64,000 nt of DNA, from the NCBI GenBank assembly GCA_964247055.1, contig OZ176060.1, positions 372,001-436,000 of the forward strand. The letters are read 5' to 3'. The stretch is from Paragordius varius (taxonomy: Eukaryota; Animalia; Nematomorpha). Each line of letters begins with the position of its first letter. Positions within the stretch are counted from its first letter, which is position 1. The notes below the pieces were generated by a model, which had not been told where the DNA came from, did not search any database, and worked only from the letters and a program-made list of their open reading frames with translations. The translations under genes and the position numbers were made by a program. Below, piece after piece: positions 1 to 12,497 of the stretch.

Positions 1-1139
1 AACGTGCCACAATTAAAAAAGGGTAAATTTAAATTAAAAAAATTGATTATATTGAATTTATTTAACTATAAAATGTTCTCAATATATATAAAAAATGACC
101 TCATTGGGATTCATGGATATAAAATTTATGAAAGTTATTTCCGGGAAAAAAACAAATGAATGCCTTTTTGCTTTTCTGTTAGTTCAACATTTCATTTTAT
201 ATTTATTTTCATGTTTAAAAAGTATTTTTTATTTGTTGAAAAAAACTTTCGTATATTAAAAAACAAAATATCATGATTCATATAATCATGTACAATGCAT
301 AATAAATAAATTTGCATGTTTAAAAGTAATTTTTATTTATAAATAATAATATATCAAATTAATATTATATATTTATTATTTTATTAATTATTTTATAAAT
401 ATACTTGATTTATTCCTAAAATTAATATTTACATTTTTTAATTAATATTAACATATATTTATTATTTTATTAATTAAACTATAAATATACTAATTTATTC
501 CTAAAATTAATATTTACATTTTTTAATTAATATTAACATTAAATTTTTCCATTTTGTTATGTATTAAAAATGGTATGGTGCCTGCACGTCTCTTAATTTT
601 TCATTGTTTTGAAACGCTATTTTTTTGGAGCTAAGTTTCGTTTTTTCTAAATAAATCAAAAAGTAGTAGAGACTTTTGAAAATTTCAAAATGTTACATGA
701 ATTTTAAAATATAATTTGTAATATCCCTCCAAAAAAATATAATAAGCTATATAATTCAAAAAGTTATTACAAAAACAGGCATTTTTGATGGTTTTTGGAT
801 TTTTAAAACCTTTTAGCGGCTCGTGAAAAAGAAGGAAAATATTAAATATATCTTTATTTTCAGAAAAAAATTCTCTATAAGATGTCGTAATTTTCACTCT
901 GTAACAATCGTGTCACAGTGTAATTTTAAATACTCTAACAAAAACTTTGTTTTAAGAAATTAAATTTTGATTAAAATATTTCGTATTATTTACATTAAAT
1001 ATTATAAAGGAATGTTCTACCATTTTAAATGCATTTTCTATATCAAGATAATTTTTCACAGTTCGGAGGGCCACGTTTAGCCACCCCTGGACCAAATGAT
1101 AAATATTATAAAATTAGTATAGAATTTTTGTTTAAGATA

Positions 1140-1533
1140 ATATGAAGTGTTAAATGACCTTTGAGATAAAAATGGTATATTTTTATAAATTTTATTATTT
1201 GCTCCGTAACTATAGATTTTTTAAGTTAGCCGCAAGTATTAATGCGGACGATCGATAAAATAAAAAATATTATCTTAAAACATCCCAAATTACAAAAATA
1301 CAACCTATAATTGTACAAATTGTCATTCAATAATTGTGTTTTTAATTAAAAATAATATCCTAATATTCTGCTGATAATGGTTCAAAGTTTATATATCTTG
1401 TTTTGATATTACTCATCAAAACTAAAACCGTTTTTATTGACTGGGAAAACGTTTCGATTGATTGGGAAAATGTTTTTATTGACTCGGAAAATGTTTCGAA
1501 TGACTGGAAAAACGTTTTTTGACTGGGAATGGC
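1140..1533 (+). repeat. Single arm of a palindromic (foldback-like) element ending in a 21-bp ATTGACTGGGAAAACGTTT(TT/CG) tandem array
   Basis: Sequence from AAGTGTTAAATGACCTTT onward matches 62373-62820; about 5 degenerate 21-bp units at 1433-1533. Confidence 0.8.
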
Positions 1534-1618
1534 ATATATTCTTACGTTTTGTCCGTATTATTTCGATTTTTACTGTATAGTACTTAATTTATTGTTGGCC
1601 AAATATTAATACAGTAGC

Positions 1619-1880
1619 GTATGATATAATAAAAATTTTGTCCATAATTTATAAATAAATTTAATGTTGGAATTTATAGGATAAACCTTTATTTCACACC
1701 GTTTGTTTTTTTACTCACACGTTACTGTATTGCATATCGGCCAAAATAATGTGAAGTGGCCAACAATAAAGTGGGTACTGATATACTTTAAGTTGATATC
1801 GATATAACAAATAGTCTCTACGGTTTAATCTGCGAGCCACGCTTTTTCAATGTAATTTTCAGTTTTAACTTAACAGAAGT
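1619..1880 (+). pseudogene. Degenerate copy of the spliced exon module associated with ZNF loci
   Basis: Intron 1619-1679 (GTATGA...TTATAG), exon reading ...NNVKWPTIKWVL, 35-nt intron-like segment 1780-1814 (donor mutated to GA), then LYGLICEPRFFNVIFSFNL. Homologous to 7 other copies in the window. Confidence 0.5.
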
Positions 1881-2029
1881 TTACGTTTCACTCTTTTAAA
1901 TAAATTAAAACTAAAAGTTTAAAGTATATTTGGCGATTAAAAATGACATAAATCTAGGAATAATCATATAAGAATATATTTTCGCAAGGACAAGTCAATA
2001 AATAATATTTGTGAAATAAATCATTTTAG

Positions 2030-2700
2030 TTTTCGCTTTTGTTGGGCTAAATGTAAATAAACTTAAGATTGGTATTTTGAATTTTATTAAGCCATATTAT
2101 TTATTCAAATTTAAATCGATAACTTTTACAAACTTAATCCTGGCTTAATTATCGGTAGTAAGAATTTTTCAACACACAATCAATGTCATAAGCAAATAAA
2201 ACATAAATGTGCAATTTTAAAAAACATTTTTTTGTAAAATCCAGCTTTTCCGCACATAATTCCTCTGTTCAACAGTTAATTATCCTGCAAAATTCGTTCG
2301 ATAATGTTTTCTTACAAAAGTTATCTAGCAGGAAAAATCAAAAACGTACATGAAAAAATTTATAATTAATGTCCGATATGTAAAAAAGGATTTATTAAAG
2401 AGGAAATTTTGCAACACACATCGTTTTATTCATGAACAGTTTATACATAATTGTCCAATTAATAAAATGATTTTCTCCCAAAACCCTATTTTGCTCCACA
2501 TATTAAGGCTGTTTATAATAATTATATGCATGATTGTCCGATTTGTTAAATATAATTACAGAGTAAGTATTGCAACAAACATTTAATTTGTTCACAAAAA
2601 AATTAAATATGAATGTCATATTTATCAAAGCGAATTTAATCATAAGGTGTCTAGTGTTATATATATTTTTTATAAATGATATTCATTTATTTACACATTT
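2030..2700 (+). pseudogene. Heavily degraded C2H2 zinc-finger paralog
   Basis: Remnants of finger-coding repeats (TGTCCGATATGTAAAAAAGGATTT = CPICKKGF; GTTCACAAAAAAATTAAATATGAATGT = VHKKIKYEC) with stops and frameshifts. 5' pieces resemble the TTTTGTTGGGC and ACTTACAAACTT segments of intact paralogs. Confidence 0.7.
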
Positions 2701-2789
2701 ATATGTAGTTGGCTATTTTTATCTGCCATTCTGTAAATTTATAATTACTATCATAAAAGTATATGAGAAAAAAAAATTGGTTCAAGAGC

Positions 2790-3700
2790 TAATATTAGGG
2801 TTTATCGATAATTTTTGGCCCCGATTTAACATTAAATACGAAATTTTCCAAATTAAAAGTTTTAGATATCAAGCCATGTATTTTATATCATTTGGAAGAG
2901 CACAAAAAACCGTATCTTTCAAATAGTACAGACAAACTAATTTGAAAATCATATAAATTATTTTAATATAATTATTAGGGTTATATTAGTATTTAATTTT
3001 AAAAAAAAAGTTTGAAAAAGCTTTTGGTTTGTCTTTTTAATAAAAATTATTATTATCATAAATATTTTACCTAGTGGATACTAAAATGCATAGTTATAAC
3101 TGTAAATTTATTTCATAATGGCTATAAAAGATCAAAAATACCTTAAACTTTGTTTCTATCCTTAAAATTTCGAAATTATCAGCATTATAAAGAAAATAAA
3201 TTAATATTGATGTGATGGTAGTTTTTAAAAAACAAAAAACTTAAAAATGGCTGTTTTGAGTGACATAAAAGCAATAAATGTTTTAATCAAAAAAACTTTA
3301 TTGTGTTATCTTTTTTGGACATTCATCTCCATCTAGACAAAGTTTGTGCCATTTTCATCCATTAGTTTTAAAAATATAATAATTAAAAAAAATGCTCTCG
3401 CTTCGCGCGTTTGTCACTCTTTGTGTCCAATATTAACTGTCGATGTAATACATATTAAGATTTTATAGAGTTTTTAATACTCTTTCGAATGATATATTAC
3501 AAATGGGCATTACTTTTATATTTTTAAAGAAAAATATTTTTTATTAAAATTTTGATAAAGAGGGCGCATAATCAAAAAAATCAAATTATACAAAATTCTT
3601 CCAGCGAGTTATAATTTTTATTTCAGATTTATTGTTAAAATGATATTAAATATCAAAAAATGCAAAAAACTCGAGTGGCAAAAAAATTTGTTGTCTAGTG
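2790..3700 (+). mobile_element. Non-autonomous Tc1/mariner-type element (family A), 5'-truncated
   Basis: Near-identical to 8570-9395 and 19110-19756. Ends ...AAATTTGTTGTCTAGTG followed by TA, the inverted complement of the left end CACTAAACAACAAATTTT at 8446. Confidence 0.75.
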
Positions 3701-3704
3701 TAAT

Positions 3705-5479
3705 TGATGACAAGAAAGCTACTGCAAAACTACCAAATATTTTTATGATTATCTATGAAAAACAAAAAATTCACATCTGTGATTTAGAAGGCAATATAAA
3801 AAAGGCACTCGATATAGATTTTTATTTTGACAAATTCATAGTTGAAGGAACCTTTTTGTGTATTATCATTTTTTATTTTAGATTGCTCCGACGATAATTA
3901 AACCCGTTATCATTGATTGCATTAAAGGTCAAATAAACGAAACATTAGATGGAAAGTTGTTAGATGGAATGTATTATATGGGCCAACATCGTTTAGCTTT
4001 AAGTAAAACTGAAACAATTACTTATGCTAATCAAATATATAATGTATTTTTAAAATAATAAATTAGGTCAAAAACACTAACAAAGCTGTTATTTGTCGTT
4101 GGGCCTGATTTTTTAATAAACTATGGTAAACAAGGTGATAAAATATATTTTAACAATTCCAAACATAAATGCTTGATTAATAGGAGTGAAAAACTTATAA
4201 GTGGTTTTAGTCATTTATTTTGTTCGATGACACAGAACAAATTTGACGACTACCCTCTAATATATTCAAGTTCAGATAAACCAATATTTAGACGGCCAAT
4301 AATTCGACCACCTTATACTAAAAAATGTGTATTTAAAATAAATAACGATGATATCTTCTGCCAAGAAACGAACTTTCCCAACCTTCAAACGCAGTTTTCG
4401 AAATATAATGAATATCATCTTTTGAAATATGAGGGAAATATTTTTGAGATTTATAATCTGCTAAATAAAAGGTTAACCTCTTATTTATATAGCTTTTATT
4501 TTTTAACCTCAAAAAATCTTGATGTTTATATGTAAAATTTGAAAATCTAGTAACATAATATGTTAAATAGGATTATTTCTAAGTGATTAATCGATTTTAC
4601 CGATTAGTTTTTTAGCTTTTATAACAGATGTATTTAACATGCGGCCCACCAAAAATTACACGAATATTATAATTTTTAAAAATTATCTGTTTTACAAAGA
4701 AATGGCCAACAAAAGTGAATATAAATAAGTCTTCGAAATAAAAGAAATTTACAAGTAAATGGTTAAAATATAATTATTAACAGCCTTATGTTTACTCTCC
4801 CTTTATATTATGGTAAAAAATGAATACTCCAATTATAACTTTAAATTATACAGGTAAAAGTTATAAAAGCTTATATTTCATATGTTTTTATTTGAATTAA
4901 AACCAACTTGTGAGTTAACCACACCAATTTGTATTTAATGAATAACCCAATCATTGCATTTTTGTAAACAAATAAAATTCCCAATTTAGTTTCACTTAAT
5001 TATCCAATATATTTGGTACAATAGAATAATTTAAAATATACATGCGCATATTCTATATTTTGTACAATTTTTCAACTAAACTCCGTGTTTTTTTGGAATT
5101 AGTTGTATAAATAATTTAATATTTTCAATTTTCATTTTAAATTAACATATCTTATAAAAGTTTTATATTTTTATGATATAGCACCCAAACATATGAGCTT
5201 AAAAACGGCACTTTCAATGATATGTTCCTTCCGTACTCCCAAAACATAGCAATTCTTTCATTTGTAAAAACAACCAAATGTTTAGAACCAGATCAATTTT
5301 GTATTTTGGTTTTCGATTTGACACAAGAAGGCCACCTTGTTCCAGATGAAATAATTTTCCCTCTAATTAAACCAAATGGGAGATATATGATGTATCCTAA
5401 ATTCATTTTTATGGAAAAAACTAAAGAACCTATTAAAATCGTGCATAGTGATTCGAACTCTTTGCCGAAATTGCAATGA
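3705..5479 (+). pseudogene. Putative multi-exon gene of unknown function, possibly disrupted
   Basis: GC-richer, protein-like open segments (DDKKATAKLP..., IAPTIIKPVIIDCIKG..., SKTLTKLLFVVGPD...NRSEKLISG..., TQTYELKNG...SLPKLQ*) separated by 22-23-nt GT..TTAG intron-like spacers. Exon phases do not join cleanly and the 5' end abuts a transposon. No family recognised. Confidence 0.4.
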
Positions 5480-5842
5480 ACACTTTTAAAATGATTATTA
5501 TTAATTGAGCTTTATTGAAATATATAAATGATCTTTTTTTATTTTATATTAACATTTCGATTTATATTGGCGTATCTAAATAAGCCAGACTTTATTTAAG
5601 TTGATTGTAGATAAGATTCAGGACTCCAGAGTCGGAGATTTCTGGCCAGGGTTGAGCCCATCAATCAATGACCACAAAAAAATGACCTAGGTCAATTTTT
5701 TTAATTTTACAATTTTTAAGAAAACAAACCTTATATTATTTATATATGTAGTATTTTGTTCTAAATATTATATGATACACATTTTTTCTTTACTTCCTAA
5801 ATCATAATGAAAACATCCTTGTGAAAATTTTCGATCAAAAAA

Positions 5843-5965
5843 ATGAAATTACATGCAAGAAATGCAATTACAGTATATTTACATAAAGATCAAATGAAGA
5901 AACATCTAAAAGACGTTCATGAAATAAAATATATGACACAAGGTGATGGTCGAAATCAAGCTAAG
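5843..5965 (+). pseudogene. Isolated frameshifted C2H2/BED-like finger fragment
   Basis: ITCKKCNY / YLHKDQMKKHLKDVHEIKY across one frameshift. Confidence 0.4.
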
Positions 5966-6419
5966 TATTTATTTTTTTAGGTTAAGTCTTAATAATTTCT
6001 GTTTTTAAAAAGAAATTAGCCAGAAATATTTAGCAAAATTTATTTTTACACCCTTAACTCTTTATTGAAAATAAACATTTTCTGAAATTCATTCATAGTT
6101 TAAAATTAAATTAGGTTATTCTAAACAGAAAACAGATTTCCAATAAATTACTAGATTCATGTTACGAAGATAAAAAAATAGAAGTTGATGAAATATGTAA
6201 AAATAATATTTCATTAATCTTCTTTTCCAGGAAAGATCGTTAATTGTAGAAAACTAAAATGTATTGGTGAAGTATACTTTAAAAAATATATACTTTATGT
6301 AAAAACCTTTCTTATGTAATTTAATCAAGTATTGACGTATGTAGTTATTTATTATTGGCAATAACATATGGTATGACCTAGGTCGGACCTAGTCTGACCC
6401 CTTTTTTTAAAAAGGGGGT

Positions 6420-6850
6420 CAAAATCACAACCCTAGGTACAACCAATATAAATGCATACAAACAGACATATATCTTCAAAACCAAAAACCAGATTCGGGT
6501 TAAGCCTACAATACCTGTCAACATGGCAAATAAATAAAAAACAATATAATATGTTGGAAAATATGGAACAAAAACAATAAAAACAAAGCGAACAGTCACC
6601 CATATTGATAAACGAACGCTACCAATCTCAAAATACATCCAGATCCTTAGACCCGGCTACTACGGTCACATCCATAGATTAGATAACGATAATTGGATAA
6701 AAATATAACAAATTTTTAGCTAAACAAACAAAACAGGGGTGTCCAGCAATAACATGGGACAATATCATTACAGACCTGCAGTCCAAAAACATAAAACCGG
6801 TGATTGTTGATACAAAATTTCATCAATGCAAAGATCAAACACATAAATCT
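6420..6850 (+). mobile_element. 3' fragment of a LINE reverse transcriptase ORF (RTE/L2-like)
   Basis: + strand reads ...LPISKYIQILRPGYYGHIHRLDNDNWIK... then G(C)PAITWDNIITDLQ, the GHxxR and GRPxxxWxDxI motifs of LINE C-termini. Contains stops. Confidence 0.7.
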
Positions 6851-6939
6851 CGCACGACGGGACGCCAAGTTCTTTGACAACAGCTATCTATCTGTCGTAA
6901 CATTACCTTGAAACAAATCCATTTTTATATTATCATTAT

Positions 6940-7660
6940 AAAAAAAGAGTGGTCGCCCCTTTCATTTTTTGCCATCAACATTGATGTTTTCAATTGTTTA
7001 ATAAGGGTATATTGCATCTTTTCTCTGAGTTATTAGTTTGGATGATATAATCAATTTCATCATTTTTTTAAATGAAAGTTCGTATTTCTGGTGTAGGGAA
7101 GTAGCTTATGAATTCGGCACTTACTAGTGATGAGTTCTATTTAGTTAGTTTTGGATAATGCCCAAGTTTCAGAACCTAAGGTTAGAGCTGGTCTCTTTCT
7201 CCTATTTCTGTTTCCTTTCACAATATGATGCCATTAAATTTTTTATCTATTGAGATAATATAAGGGATTTGAGATTTTTTTGCTTCAATCTCTGGAACAT
7301 TGGCTGCATTTTTTTTTTATTTTTTTGCACATCCAGGCAATTTATTGAAAAACTCTTTGTAATCCGCCCTTGTTTGTCGTTGAAATTCATTGTTGTATAT
7401 TTTAACTATATACATATCCCCCCTTGATTTAGCTTTTCTCCGCTTTTCTGCTATCTCTAAACTCTTTTCTGACATCAATTTATTTCTTTACCTTTTAATT
7501 TTCCTTTGCCAATTAATTAATAATTTTTATCGTTCCCCATACCTGTCCGGAACTTCATTCATTGTCTAAATTATATCTACCTTTGTTCTGATCTAAACAG
7601 AGCACATACCTTTTGATAAAAAATTGGTTTAAAAAGAGACTTGTATGGAGTCACCAAGAA
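6940..7660 (-). mobile_element. Internally deleted RTE-clade LINE fragment
   Basis: Minus strand MSEKSLEIAEKRRKAKSRG parallels LSTKSLEIAEKRRESKIK in the intact RTE ORF, then jumps to LGSETWAL. Confidence 0.7.
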
Positions 7661-7670
7661 AGGATTACGT

Positions 7671-8440
7671 CAGTGATACTCAAACTGCTGGCCGCATGCG
7701 GCCCTAAGAGTACTTTAAAATTGCGCTATCACCATATTGAGACTTAATTATTTTTGTTATTGATGATTTTTAAAATACACATATTTTCGCTTATTTTAAT
7801 AATTTATTTTCTTTGGATTTTTTGGTAATTTTTATTTTTTACCGAATTTAAAATGTAGAAAAATTTTCCTACATTAGAATGATTTCAAAATTTCACACGT
7901 TGTTTCTGTTTCTGTATTTTCTTTTCTATTTTAAAATTTTTATTGCATTCCTTTTCCTTTTTTGTATTTGAGCAAGCCTTTCACCCACATATACATATTC
8001 TTTTCATTGCTATCCTGCATCATTTAGCTCACCATAAAATATTTTCCAATCAGTATCTCATTTAGACCTGTTTTTTATAGCATAAATTTAAATGATATTC
8101 CCATAATATTTAAAAATAAATTTAAAGGATGACATCTAATGCTAAAAAACATAAATTAGCCGATTAAAATCGCTCCAAAAAGAATGAAAGAAAAATTCTT
8201 TCTCGTTTTAAATATATGTAAGGACATTATAAAAAAATTCAATATTGAAAGACATTTTATCCAACCAGAAAATCATGAGGAAAGAAACGAAAAATATAAA
8301 AATAAGGAATTATACTAGATATGGAATTTACCGCGGATATTAAAATAGACAATCATTTATCAATTTTATCCAATGATTAAATTCAGATTTCAAGAATAAA
8401 GAAATATCAAAAATTGCTTAAAACTCGCTGAAAATCCATG
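7671..8440 (+). mobile_element. hAT (Buster/SPIN-like) transposon remnant
   Basis: Terminus CAGTGATACTCAAACTGCTGGCCGCATGCGGCCC is typical of hAT ends. Downstream ICKDIIKKFNIERHF resembles the Buster-type C..C..YNLKRHY motif. Confidence 0.5.
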
Positions 8441-8445
8441 GCTTA

Positions 8446-9395
8446 CACTAAACAACAAATTTTAACTTTTTTAACTGCCATTCTTGAAATTTTTAAATTT
8501 ATTTCATTAAAGTATATAATTAGTATATCTATAAAGAAAATTGGTCTAGCATGCAAAAATTTTTTTATATTAGAGTTTATCGATAATTTTTGGCCCCGAT
8601 TTAACATTAAACTCGAAATTTCGAAAATTAAAAGTTTTAGATATGAAGCCATGTATTTTATATCATTCGAAAGAGCGCAAACTGCATCTTTTAAATGGTA
8701 GTAAGTCATTTAAATCAATCGCATGTAAAAGTTATTTGAATTTAAATGGTCAAAATTTTCAATCCTTAAATAAGTCAAGTATTTTCACAGACAAACTAAT
8801 TTGAAAATCATATAAATTATTTTAATATAATTATTAGGGTTATATTAGTATTTAATTAAGAAAAAATGTTTGAAAAAGCTTTTGGTTTGCTTATTTAATA
8901 AAAATTATTATTAACATAAATATTTTACCTAGTGCATACTAAAATGCAAAATTATAACTGTAAATTTATTACATAATGGCTATAAAAGATCAAAAATACC
9001 TTAAACTTTGTTTTTATCTTTAAAATTTCGAAATTATCAGCCTCGTAAAGAAAATAAATTAATATTGATGAGATGGTAATTTTTAAAAAACAAAAAATTA
9101 GAAATGGCTGTTTTGAGTGACATAAAAGCAATAAAAAATGTTTTAATCAATAAAACTTTCTTGTGTTATCTTTTTTGGACATTCATCACCATCTAAACAA
9201 AGTTTGAGCTATTTTCATCCATTAGTTTTAAAAATATAATAATTAAAAAAATGTTCTCGCTTCGCGCGTTTGTCGCTCTTTGTGTCCAATATTAACTGTC
9301 GATGTAATACATATTAGTATGCATTTTATAGAGTTTTTATTACTCTTTCGAATGATATATTACAAATGGGCATTACTTATATATTTTGAAAGAAA
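8446..9395 (+). mobile_element. Non-autonomous Tc1/mariner-type element (family A), 3'-truncated
   Basis: TA followed by left terminus CACTAAACAACAAATTTT at 8446; body matches 2790-3530. Confidence 0.75.
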
Positions 9396-9399
9396 AATA

Positions 9400-11330
9400 T
9401 ATAAAAAATTATAATCCATACAATATTATCCCATATAAAATTTAATTTATACGGACAAAACCAAAAAAAATATTTTTTTCAAAAGACCGCTAAACATGAT
9501 TATTTCAATTATTAATGTTTTAAATCGTGAAATATGATATATAGATGTTATTTGGTAATTAATCAATCATATATCAATTGAAAATATGCAGGATAGAATT
9601 CAAAAATAGGATATTTTTTACATGTTGTCTTTAAATGTTCGTTTTGTCAGTAAATTTTAATATTTAAAAAACGGTTAACACATATATTGGACCTATCAAA
9701 CTCGTATATAAAATATTTTTATTTTCTTAAAATTTTAAATCTCTTTATGATTAATATTGTTATCCAATTTTAAGATTCATTATAATCGTGTAATTAATAT
9801 TATATATAATATAATAATAATTGTAATTATACGGACAAAAATAAAATTATTAAAATTGCAAAGTATTAAAAGAGATGTATATTGGACACCAATAATTAAT
9901 TTTACAATTGTTTTTAAATAGTTTAAAAAAACCCGCATAATAGAAGTATTTTGAAAAAATTTATTTATCTTTAATTTTAACGTTTTTTCCCTATAATTTA
10001 CTGTAAATAAATGGCTTATTAATGCTATACGATACTTTTTTTAATAATTGACAAGTAAATTCATATGCTATTTATTGTTGAGCGCAAAATATATTTTAAA
10101 TAAAAATAGAGATTATTTAAATTTTAATATGGTATTCAATTGTTTTATATAATTCAACTCTAGCTTTTGCTATTTTTACACTTGTTTTTTCCCTCAATTG
10201 AATTTTTGCTTATAAAATCAACAAAATAATTTTTTAATTTTAAATCAATTCATTTTTTACAACGAATTGTGATGCCTTTTGCGTTTATACTAATAATAAT
10301 TATATATTTAATAAATAAATAAGACAAGACTTATCATGGAATATTTTTTGGCTATTTTTTGGTAAAAATTTATCAGCAAAATCTATTGTTAGTATCTTTT
10401 ATGCCATTGGAAATTTTTTAATTTGCTTTATATTTTCTAATTTATAGGTTATGTTCTCCTAATAAATTATTTATCAAGGGGTTTATGTTGGATTTAATAA
10501 CGTTTTGGTCTTTGCTGTTAGCCCTTGTTTTTATAGTTGAGTATTTCTATTTTTTATCTTCCCATAAGTTAAAAAGGTTATGAATCATCAGAAATAAAAT
10601 CATCAATTTAATTAAATTATTAATTATAAAACGATAAAGTATCTATTTTTGGTCAAATTTTAATCAAGCAAGAAACAAATTAACAGAAAACCATTTAGCA
10701 TTTTTTTAATTATTAGCAGTGCCGTTTATTTATTGCATTAATTAAATGGCATATTTTCATAGTATTTATGTTACTTCAAGGCTCTTGGTATACACTTAAC
10801 TTACTAATATTTCCATAAATATTCATTCTTTATAAGAAGTAATAGGCATTTTTTCACTTTTATGAAGGTAATATATATTTATAATTATCAATTATATAAA
10901 ATTAATACCCTCTCCTACAATGGTATTGAAATCACCTAGATAAATTTTTGCTTATAAATAAATATAACTTTAAAATCAAACAAAAATTACAGTTAATTAT
11001 CCACAACTCAGCTAGGTAGGATATTAGCAAGCTATGCCCCTTCGTAAGTTATGAGCACTCAATAAAAACTTATTCTCACTTTTTGTTTCCCGAAATAATA
11101 TATAAAAAGGTGCATATACAAAAAACCCGAAATTACACAGACAAAACGTTAAATATAAAGATTTTTTCCAAAAGAATACCATACTTTTTCAAACCTTCAT
11201 TTTTCTCATATAAAAAATGTAATTACAATTATAAAATATATAATTTATTGTGTCGCCAATATAGATATCAATTCTATAATATGCAATATAAAACAATGAA
11301 TTATATTTAAAATTATGGTTTTTAGTAAAG
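9400..11330. repeat. Dispersed duplicated segment containing a minus-strand remnant of the ZNF 5' region
   Basis: 9400-10480 matches 52990-54030; 10380-11330 matches 43690-44520 and in part 28300-28800. The reverse strand near 10450 and 43705 resembles the PLIIDLVGEQT coding segment. Confidence 0.7.
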
Positions 11331-11458
11331 TGTTAATAAATATCGGTTAAATACTTTTTAAATATGGAAAAGTGGTGTGTTAGATTAGATATAAAAAAAC
11401 TATTTTAAAAATGCATTTTCTATATCAACCTAATCTTTTAAAGTATCATTTTTTACTG
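11119..11458. mobile_element. pogo/Tc1-like MITE (CAGTAAAAATCGAAATTATACGGACAAAACG-type ends)
   Basis: Degenerate left end at 11119 and right end TTTTACTG followed by TA at 11458. Confidence 0.5.
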
Positions 11459-11639
11459 TAATTTATTTATTATCTACAAAAGAAAACTCCAGAACAGACC
11501 GGTCAAATAGCATTTTAAATATTTTATTAACGATGCATTTTGCAATAAACGTCTTCATAAAATAATATGAATCTCAATATCTTTTATTTGCGAAATGGAT
11601 ATTTAAACAAAATTATATTTAATGATACATTTAATATAT

Positions 11640-12000
11640 TATATATGTTGATTTAAATGTTCAATTATGTACAATTTTAATATGCTTGGTAAGATTGCCT
11701 TTTCCAGTATATTCTTTTTACAAATTGGACATTCATGTTTAATTTGTTCATGAACAGATTGAATGTGTGTTGCAAGATGACCTCTTTGAGAAAAATCAGT
11801 TTTACAAATCAAACATTCATGTTTAATTTTCTCATAAACTGAATATATGTGCCTTCCAAGATTGCCTTTGTTAGAAAACATTTTTAACAAATTTGGCACA
11901 CATATTTAATTTGTTCATGAACCGAATGAATATGATTGGTCAAGCCGCTTTTATCCTTATAAATCTTATCACATTGAATACATCGTTAACTATTATCCAA
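11640..12000 (-). pseudogene. C2H2 zinc-finger paralog, 5'-truncated and frameshifted
   Basis: RCIQCDKIYKDKSGLTNHI..., KMFSNKGNLGRHIYSVYEKIKHECLICKTDFSQRGHLATHIQSVHEQIKHECPICK; closely resembles the 41248 copy. Confidence 0.85.
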
Positions 12001-12034
12001 TTTTGAAAAGTAAAAGATTTAATAAGTTTTGCAT

Positions 12035-12467
12035 TTTTTTTATATAGCCACCCGGACAATTGATTTATAACCAAAAGGGGGCCGGGAATTCAAAGACTCA
12101 CCATTAAAAGTAAAGCGAATTATCAATAACAAAGATGGAGAAAGTAAACAAAAACCGTTTAAAAAAATGGCCAAAGCTGAATCTAAAGCAAAAGGGAGGG
12201 AATATTTAAAAAGGGGGGAAATAAACAAAAAGCCGTTAGAAAAAAAAGTTAGGAAAAGCGCGAAATATCAAAAAGGGGGTAAACAATAAACAATGAGGAA
12301 CGCGAACATTACCAAAGGGGGATATTTAAAAGGGCACAAAATTTAAAAACAAGGTACAAAAAGTGCAAAAATGAATAAAAGGGGCACTTATACATTTGCA
12401 AAAGTATAAAAATGGCATAAGATCATGTTTGTTTATTTTATTAAGAATTTTAAGGTAAGAAGGGACG
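12035..12467 (-). mobile_element. 5' UTR of a Utopia-like retrotransposon (second copy, no ORF)
   Basis: Reverse complement aligns along its length with 22140-22600. Confidence 0.65.
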
Positions 12468-12497
12468 ACACTTTGATCTTAGCCAAAAGGCCGAGAA
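12468..12497 (-). ncRNA. U2: 5' fragment of U2 snRNA (disrupted gene)
   Basis: Minus strand TTCTCGGCCTTTTGGCTAAGATCAAAGTGT is a 30/30 match to the invertebrate-type U2 5' end. The match stops at the branch-point-pairing region. Confidence 0.9.

Noticed and set aside
8438-8709. ORFs in family A repeats (also 2570-2926)
   Set aside because: Frames are not conserved between copies and have no transposase motifs.
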